Shown one piece after another: positions 62,251-64,000 of a stretch of DNA of 64,000 nucleotides (its first letter is position 1; each line of letters starts with the position of its first letter). The position numbers were made by a program, and so were the translations under genes. The stretch covers positions 321,842,001 through 321,906,000 of the forward strand of contig NC_067401.1 in the NCBI RefSeq assembly GCF_016432865.1, in the 5' to 3' direction. Under the pieces are notes generated by a model, which was not told the origin of the DNA, searched no databases, and saw only the letters and a program-made list of their open reading frames with translations. Source of the stretch: Antechinus flavipes (taxonomy: Eukaryota).

Positions 62251-63811
62251 CTAGCTTCCCTGAATCTTCTCCAATATTAAATGTCAATGAACAAATCAAT
62301 TTTGGTGTTATTCTTGGGCAGTTCTTACATATATTTATTGATAAATGTTTCTGGGAATTACACAATTTAATTCTATCTCTAAACATTACTTTATCAGTCC
62401 TGTTTTCCACAGAGGCATAGTTATCTTCAGTGTCCAGCGAAATGTCCCAGTAATACCAACAGGAGGTATTAATAGTTCTTAATGATCTTATTAATAAGCA
62501 ACTGGCCATTAGTTCTAAAGCCACTAAATCAAAGGAATGATTTGAGGAGCTACAATGGATTTTTATCTTTCCGTAAACCCATCATAAAGATTATCTTAAA
62601 TATCTTTCAATTAAGAGTAAAACAGGAATTAATCATGGCAATTTTCATAACTAAATAGACTTAAGGGCTTATTTTTAGGTTTAATAATACAACTCTCTTT
62701 TTTGGTTTCCTTATCTGTAAAATTAAGGATCTGGTTTATACGAAATCCAAGGTCCTTACTAGTTTTACATCTACTATAGGATGGTCTACTATAGGCATTA
62801 TTGAGAAATAAATATAGTTTGTCTTAGCTATGTGATGGTATTCTTAGATTACAGTTTTGTTTTATAAATGAAAATAGTGATTTCTTCATTTGTCATAGGT
62901 TCAGATTCCTATTCTCGTAGTGATTGAGTTTTAAATAACTTGACAGAAAATTGTAATTTTCTCAATGGCTATTTAAGTGTCAGCTCAGAATCATGTGTAT
63001 TGAAAGCTTTGATTTGAGTTGATTCTTATGCATCTTGTCTATTCTCATGTATCTTTTGTATAGTATGGTATATGTAATGTTGACATTGGATTTAGAAAAT
63101 AAAACATGTGGCTGTGATTGAAGAACAGAATCTCAACAGAATTTAATGACTTGCATGTTGGAAGTTTCCAATATGATGTCAGAAAAATGGCTTTTTAGAT
63201 CACCTGTATATTATAAATAAATTCTACTTAAGAAAATTATTCTTTTAATGAACAGTATTCTTTGTTGTTTAGTAATAATAGAAAAGACCCTTCATGACAT
63301 TACTCTGATGGGACTTGTTATGAAAACACTGACTTTAATGCTCTAAAATTAAAGAAAAAACAGGTTGTTTGATGACAATCAAAAATTGGTCTTATAACTA
63401 ATTGATTCTGGTCTTTTTTCTTTTTATTTTCATTTGAAACTGATTTGGAGTGTCACAAAAATCACATCACTGGCCATATGTTATTTAAAAACTTATTAGG
63501 CATTTTATTTATGTAATTATTACCTTGAAGTAATGACATTTTTCATGGTGGTTACCAAATAGTATATTATTTAGTAGAATCTAAAACTTTTTTTCTTGAA
63601 AGTTTCTCTCCCTTAGCCACTGTCTTTTTCTGTTCCTTCTTTTTGCAATTCTTTCACCAAAACCAGTGACAGAGAAGTTTTGATTGAAGTAAAAGTTAAA
63701 AGAGATGTGAAAAACCATCTTTTTAAATATGTATATATTATCCTTTTAAAGATTTGAAGATGAAGAAAGAAGAGGAATAGTCTGATTTGCTAATTTGGGA
63801 TGAAGATGGGA

Positions 63812-63870
63812 TTAAAGAGTGGAATTCTATCCACTAAATAGTGGATAGTGGATAGAATTCCACTATTTGA
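63812..63870. repeat. Near-perfect inverted repeat (19-bp perfect core, 9-nt loop)
   Basis: AGTGGAATTCTATCCACTA (63818-63836) is the exact reverse complement of TAGTGGATAGAATTCCACT (63846-63864). Confidence 0.95.
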
Positions 63871-64000
63871 CTAGTTAAGAAAACGGAACACATGTGGTAA
63901 TTTGATAAAACCAAATTGCCAAATTTTAGATAATTTGGTATTGCTTTCTTTGAAGTATGTGACTTCCAGTTACACAAGGTAAGTTAGATAGTACTGGCAG

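Overview
Marsupial genomic DNA, probably a dasyurid such as the Tasmanian devil. The species call is inferred from WSINE1-, MAR1- and RTE-SINE-type repeats and L1 3' ends. The window holds the divergent MAP3K5 (ASK1) / PEX7 locus. MAP3K5 exon 1 is on the minus strand (CDS 15431-14951, MSAEDSEGITF...RFYNA, GT donor), and bases 1-14950 are part of its intron 1. PEX7 coding exons 1-5 are on the plus strand, 526 nt in total, all with GT-AG boundaries and a continuous frame; exon 6 was not found in the window. Both 5' ends sit in CpG islands about 29 kb apart. The rest is AT-rich intron or intergenic DNA dense in transposons: five 5'-truncated L1s with target-site duplications, two solo LTRs, one LTR+PBS remnant, two hAT-Charlie elements, many SINEs and two 7SL-derived retrocopies. 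Almost all ORFs in the supplied track are L1 fragments or chance ORFs. There is no CRISPR, rRNA or intact tRNA, and no novel multi-gene system can be supported. The best candidate for undescribed biology is a translational-control module in the MAP3K5 leader. It has a stop-free in-frame extension with an ACG in optimal Kozak context (76 extra residues), overlapped by a 4-codon strong-context AUG uORF. Secondary candidates are a pre-miRNA-sized hairpin in PEX7 intron 5, a solo LTR with an intact promoter pointing toward MAP3K5, and a G-tract array abutting the PEX7 start codon. Repeat family names and human comparisons come from memory and were not searched.
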